IMG/VR virus record: IMGVR_UViG_2529292907_000010
Length of the DNA stretch: 9,695 bases
Direction: 5' to 3' (one strand)
Origin: a virus
Taxonomy: Duplodnaviria; Heunggongvirae; Uroviricota; Caudoviricetes
A model generated the notes under the pieces. The model saw only the letters and a program-made list of their open reading frames with translations. It made no database searches and was not told the origin of the DNA. Position 1 is the first letter of the stretch. Every line of letters begins with the position of its first letter. Shown here in pieces: positions 5,796 through 9,695 of this stretch. The position numbers and the translations under genes are program-made.

Positions 5796-7384
5796 AACGA
5801 ACGCCTGTCCTGATTGATGTGAACGGCGTTCCGCTTCGTGAGAGTCTCAGCTACAACGGGGGCGGTGCAGGATTTGGCGGGCAAATGGCTGAGTGGTTGC
5901 CACCGGCGCAGAGTGCCGATGCGGCCCTGCTGCCCGCGTTGCGTCTGGGGAATGCCCGGGCAGATGATCTGGTGCGCAATAACGGAATAGCGGCTAATGC
6001 GGTGGCTCTGCATAAGGATCACATTGTCGGGCATATGTTTCTGATCAGCTACCGTCCGAACTGGCGCTGGCTGGGGATGCGGGAGACCGCAGCAAAAAGC
6101 TTTGTCGATGAGGTGGAGGCGGCCTGGTCGGAATACGCCGAAGGGATGTTTGGCGAGATCGACGTGGAAGGAAAACGCACGTTCACGGAATTTATCCGTG
6201 AAGGTGTGGGCGTTCATGCGTTTAACGGCGAAATCTTTGTGCAGCCGGTCTGGGATACGGAAACCACGCAGTTATTCCGTACGCGTTTTAAAGCCGTGAG
6301 TCCGAAACGGGTGGACACGCCTGGACACGGTATGGGGAACCGTTTTCTGCGGGCCGGTGTGGAGGTCGATCGATATGGCCGTGCCGTCGCGTACCATATC
6401 TGTGAGGATGATTTTCCGTTCTCTGGTAGTGGACGATGGGAACGGATCCCGCGTGAACTTCCCACCGGGCGTCCGGCCATGCTGCATATTTTCGAGCCGG
6501 TGGAGGACGGGCAGACCCGTGGGGCTAATCAGTTTTACAGCGTCATGGAACGGCTGAAGATGCTCGATTCCCTGCAGGCAACACAGCTTCAGTCGGCCAT
6601 AGTGAAGGCGATGTATGCAGCGACGATTGAAAGTGAACTTGATACCGAAAAGGCCTTTGAATATATCGCCGGCGCGCCACAGGAGCAGAAGGATAATCCG
6701 CTTATTAATATTCTGGAGAAGTTCTCCAGCTGGTATGACACGAATAACGTGACACTGGGCGGTGTCAAAATTCCGCACCTTTTCCCTGGTGATGATCTGA
6801 AACTACAGACTGCGCAGGATTCAGACAATGGATTTTCTGCGCTTGAACAGGCGCTGCTGCGGTATATCGCCGCCGGTCTTGGCGTTTCCTACGAACAGTT
6901 GTCCCGTGATTACTCGAAGGTCAGTTACTCAAGTGCCCGCGCCTCCGCCAATGAGTCGTGGCGCTATTTTATGGGGCGGCGAAAATTTATTGCGGCCCGG
7001 CTGGCCACGCAGATGTTTTCCTGCTGGCTGGAAGAGGCACTTCTTCGGGGGATTATTCGTCCGCCACGGGCACGTTTTGATTTTTATCAGGCGCGATCAG
7101 CCTGGTCACGGGCAGAGTGGATTGGTGCCGGAAGAATGGCCATTGACGGGCTCAAGGAAGTCCAGGAATCAGTGATGCGCATTGAGGCCGGACTGAGCAC
7201 GTATGAGAAAGAGCTGGCGCTGATGGGCGAGGATTATCAGGACATTTTCCGCCAGCAGGTCAGGGAATCTGCTGAGCGGCAAAAAGCCGGACTCTCACGT
7301 CCGGTGTGGATAGCGCAGGCGTATCAGCAGCAGATAGCGGAGAGTCGCAGGCCGGAAGAGGAGACAACACCACGTGAGACGTAA
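5792..7384 (+). CDS. B: Portal protein (gpB-like)
   Basis: 530 aa with long collinear matches to lambda gpB: GNARADDLVRNNG, FEPVEDGQTRGAN, LQSAIVKAMYAATIESELDT, LLRYIAAGLGVSYEQLSR, WIGAGRMAIDGLKEVQE. Confidence 0.96.
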   Translation: MKRTPVLIDVNGVPLRESLSYNGGGAGFGGQMAEWLPPAQSADAALLPALRLGNARADDLVRNNGIAANAVALHKDHIVGHMFLISYRPNWRWLGMRETAAKSFVDEVEAAWSEYAEGMFGEIDVEGKRTFTEFIREGVGVHAFNGEIFVQPVWDTETTQLFRTRFKAVSPKRVDTPGHGMGNRFLRAGVEVDRYGRAVAYHICEDDFPFSGSGRWERIPRELPTGRPAMLHIFEPVEDGQTRGANQFYSVMERLKMLDSLQATQLQSAIVKAMYAATIESELDTEKAFEYIAGAPQEQKDNPLINILEKFSSWYDTNNVTLGGVKIPHLFPGDDLKLQTAQDSDNGFSALEQALLRYIAAGLGVSYEQLSRDYSKVSYSSARASANESWRYFMGRRKFIAARLATQMFSCWLEEALLRGIIRPPRARFDFYQARSAWSRAEWIGAGRMAIDGLKEVQESVMRIEAGLSTYEKELALMGEDYQDIFRQQVRESAERQKAGLSRPVWIAQAYQQQIAESRRPEEETTPRET

Positions 7385-8879
7385 TCTTTCACACATTATT
7401 GCCGCAGCATTCAATGAACCGCTGCTTCTGGAGCCCGCCTATGCGCGGGTTTTCTTTTGCGCGCTCGGGCGCGAGATGGGGGCAGCAAGTCTTTCGGTAC
7501 CACAACAGCAGGTACAGTTTGATGCTCCCGGAATGCTGGCTGAAACGGACGAGTACATGGCCGGAGGTAAACGACCTGCCCGTGTTTACAGGGTGGTGAA
7601 CGGTATTGCTGTACTGCCGGTGACCGGCACGCTGGTGCACCGGCTGGGTGGTATGCGGCCATTTTCCGGAATGACAGGCTATGACGGTATTGTCGCCTGT
7701 CTTCAGCAGGCAATGGCGGATAGCCAGGTGCGGGGCGTACTGCTGGACATTGACAGTCCGGGCGGGCAGGCCGCCGGCGCGTTTGACTGCGCTGACATGA
7801 TTTACCGCCTCCGTCAGCAGAAGCCGGTCTGGGCACTGTGCAATGACACGGCCTGTTCTGCAGCCATGCTGCTGGCGTCGGCCTGCTCCCGACGGCTGGT
7901 TACCCAGACATCCCGTATCGGTTCCATTGGCGTGATGATGAGCCATGTCAGCTATGCCGGTCATCTGGCGCAGGCCGGTGTGGATATCACGCTGATTTAC
8001 TCAGGGGCGCACAAGGTGGATGGCAATCAGTTTGAAGCGTTGCCGGCAGAGGTTCGCCAGGACATGCAGCAGCGGATTGATGCGGCGCGCCGGATGTTTG
8101 CCGAAAAAGTGGCGATGTTTACCGGTCTGTCTGTTGATGCAGTCACGGGAACAGAGGCCGCCGTTTTTGAAGGTCAGTCCGGCATTGAGGCCGGGCTGGC
8201 GGATGAATTAATCAATGCGTCGGATGCCATCAGTGTGATGGCCACGGCGCTGAACAGTAATGTCAGAGGAGGCACTATGCCGCAATTAACTGCAACGGAA
8301 GCCGCCGCGCAGGAGAACCAGCGAGTGATGGGGATCCTGACATGCCAGGAAGCGAAAGGACGTGAACAGCTTGCCACGATGCTGGCAGGACAACAGGGCA
8401 TGAGCGTTGAACAGGCCCGGGCGATTCTGGCCGCGGCGGCACCGCAGCAGCCGGTGGCATCCGCGCAGAGTGAAGCCGATCGCATTATGGCGTGTGAAGA
8501 AGCGAACGGTCGTGAACAACTGGCGGCAACGCTGGCGGCGATGCCGGAGATGACGGTGGAACAAGCCCGCCCGATCCTGGCGGCTGCACCACTGGCGGAT
8601 GCCGGGCCCTCACTTCGTGATCAGATCATGGCCCTGGATGAGGCAAAAGGGGCAGAAGCGCAGGCTGAAAAACTGGCGGCCTGCCCGGGAATGACCGTGG
8701 AGAACGCCCGGGCTGTGCTGGCTGCGGGATCAGGTAAGGCCGAACCGGTCTCTGCATCCACAACCGCCCTGTTTGAACATTTCATGGCGAATCATTCACC
8801 GGCAGCGGTGCGGGGTGGCGTGTCACAGACGTCAGCAGACGGTGATGCGGACGTGAAAATGCTCATGGCCATGCCATGA
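7374..8879 (+). CDS. C: Head maturation protease / scaffold fusion (gpC-like, S49/ClpP-fold protease domain) with an expanded C-terminal scaffold region
   Basis: GTG start 7374 with GAGGAGA 9 nt upstream. N-terminal 300 aa collinear with lambda gpC (AFNEPLLLEPAYARVFFCAL, NGIAVLPVTGTLV, SPGG, RRLVTQTSRIGSIGVMM). The C-terminal part holds three tandem ~45-50-aa modules where I recall lambda having one. Confidence 0.93.
   Translation: MRRNLSHIIAAAFNEPLLLEPAYARVFFCALGREMGAASLSVPQQQVQFDAPGMLAETDEYMAGGKRPARVYRVVNGIAVLPVTGTLVHRLGGMRPFSGMTGYDGIVACLQQAMADSQVRGVLLDIDSPGGQAAGAFDCADMIYRLRQQKPVWALCNDTACSAAMLLASACSRRLVTQTSRIGSIGVMMSHVSYAGHLAQAGVDITLIYSGAHKVDGNQFEALPAEVRQDMQQRIDAARRMFAEKVAMFTGLSVDAVTGTEAAVFEGQSGIEAGLADELINASDAISVMATALNSNVRGGTMPQLTATEAAAQENQRVMGILTCQEAKGREQLATMLAGQQGMSVEQARAILAAAAPQQPVASAQSEADRIMACEEANGREQLAATLAAMPEMTVEQARPILAAAPLADAGPSLRDQIMALDEAKGAEAQAEKLAACPGMTVENARAVLAAGSGKAEPVSASTTALFEHFMANHSPAAVRGGVSQTSADGDADVKMLMAMP
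8277..8879 (+). CDS. Nu3: Nu3-like scaffolding protein, in-frame nested within the 3' part of C (internal translation start)
   Basis: In-frame ATG 8277 preceded by a strong GAGGAGG (8265-8271), at the position corresponding to the lambda Nu3 internal start (lambda ...SGGRMTKETQ vs here ...RGGTMPQLTA). Encodes the triplicated module region. Confidence 0.5.
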   Translation: MPQLTATEAAAQENQRVMGILTCQEAKGREQLATMLAGQQGMSVEQARAILAAAAPQQPVASAQSEADRIMACEEANGREQLAATLAAMPEMTVEQARPILAAAPLADAGPSLRDQIMALDEAKGAEAQAEKLAACPGMTVENARAVLAAGSGKAEPVSASTTALFEHFMANHSPAAVRGGVSQTSADGDADVKMLMAMP

Positions 8880-8915
8880 AGTCAGTGCTGACCATCAATA
8901 TGAGGTTTTAACAAA

Positions 8916-9263
8916 ATGGTGACGAAAACCATCACTGAACAGCGTGCGGAAGTACGTATTTTTGCTGGTAATGATCCGGCTCATACCGCCACAGGCAGCA
9001 GCGGGATTTCTTCTGCAACACCGGCTCTGACGCCCCTGATGCTGGATGAAGCCACCGGGAAACTGGTGGTCTGGGATGGACAGAAAGTCGGTAGTGCGGT
9101 TGGCATACTGGTACTGCCGCTTGAAGGCACAGAGACGGTGCTGACCTATTACAAGTCGGGGACCTTTGCGACGGAGGCAATCCGCTGGCCTGACAGTGTG
9201 GATGAACACAAAAAGGCAAATGCCTTTGCCGGCACAGCCCTGAGTCACGCGGCTCTGCCGTAA
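8916..9263 (+). CDS. D: Head decoration protein (gpD-like)
   Basis: 115 aa; NDPAHTATG, TPLMLDE...KLVVWDG, AVGIL, YYKSGTF, AFAGTA match lambda gpD. Confidence 0.93.
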   Translation: MVTKTITEQRAEVRIFAGNDPAHTATGSSGISSATPALTPLMLDEATGKLVVWDGQKVGSAVGILVLPLEGTETVLTYYKSGTFATEAIRWPDSVDEHKKANAFAGTALSHAALP

Positions 9264-9320
9264 CACGTTATCAGGCCACCATGGTGGCCTGACTGATTTC
9301 TGAATGAAAGGAACTGATTT

Positions 9321-9695
9321 ATGGGATTGTTTACGACCCGCCAGTTACTCGGTTATACCGAACAAAAAGTTAAATTCCGTGCGCTATTTCTGGAGCTGTT
9401 TTTCCGCCGTACGGTGAATTTCCACACCGAAGAGGTGATGCTGGACAAAATTACCGGAAAAACGCCGGTGGCGGCCTATGTCTCCCCGATCGTTGAAGGA
9501 AAAGTGCTGCGCCATCGTGGTGGTGAAACCCGCGTGTTGCGTCCGGGCTACGTCAAGCCGAAACACGAATTTAATTACCAGCAGGCGGTTGAGCGCCTTC
9601 CCGGTGAAGATCCGGCTCAGCTGAACGACCCGGCCTACCGTCGTCTGCGTATCATCACTGATAACCTCAAACAGGAAGAGCACGCTATTGTGCAG
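9321..9695 (+). CDS. E: Major capsid protein (gpE-like), 5' portion only; runs off the end of the window
   Basis: ATG 9321 with AAAGGAA upstream. MGLFTTRQLLGYTEQKVKF..LFLELFFRR...YVSPIV.G.V.R.RGG....PGYVKPKHE...RLP.EDP..L.DPAYRR.RII matches lambda gpE. No stop before 9695. Confidence 0.9.
   Translation, partial: MGLFTTRQLLGYTEQKVKFRALFLELFFRRTVNFHTEEVMLDKITGKTPVAAYVSPIVEGKVLRHRGGETRVLRPGYVKPKHEFNYQQAVERLPGEDPAQLNDPAYRRLRIITDNLKQEEHAIVQ

Noticed and set aside
5109-8564. Antisense and off-frame ORFs within A, W, B and C (for example 5621..6217 -, 6272..6778 -, 7389..7964 -, 7411..7836 -, 8174..8485 -, 8286..8564 -)
   Set aside because: Same reasoning: they overlap strongly supported head genes and show Arg/Pro/Cys-rich composition typical of spurious frames.
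8895-9266. Minus-strand ORFs 8895..9266 and 8932..9219 antisense to D
   Set aside because: Antisense to the clearly homologous decoration protein gene.
9384-9683. Minus-strand ORF antisense to the major capsid gene E
   Set aside because: Antisense to a gene with unambiguous gpE homology.

Overview
This window is the late region of a lambda-like (lambdoid) phage or prophage from an enterobacterial host, read across the cohesive-end site. All calls rest on reading the six-frame translations and the DNA by eye against remembered lambda and Stx-phage sequences; no search was run. Left to right: a 23-bp GATC-containing tandem repeat array (143-270); a SAR-type endolysin (466-999) with no holin gene directly upstream; a terminator-like hairpin and two small, tightly coupled membrane-protein ORFs (1156-1484); Rz with Rz1 nested in the +1 frame; a ~1 kb partly AT-rich moron-like island (1955-2970) holding a 46-aa hydrophobic peptide ORF and a minus-strand Arc-like ribbon-helix-helix gene; the cos site (cohesive end 2971-2982) with cosB-like repeats; then head genes Nu1, A (interrupted by an apparent 1-nt frameshift near 5241), W, B (portal), C with a nested Nu3-like scaffold, D, and the 5' part of E running off the window. 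The most unusual parts are the lysis cassette (holin missing from its usual place, two extra small membrane ORFs between endolysin and spanins) and the GATC repeat array upstream of it. Other items worth a second look are the moron island, a perfect Fur-box-like palindrome next to cos, the terminase frameshift and a triplicated scaffold module in C/Nu3.
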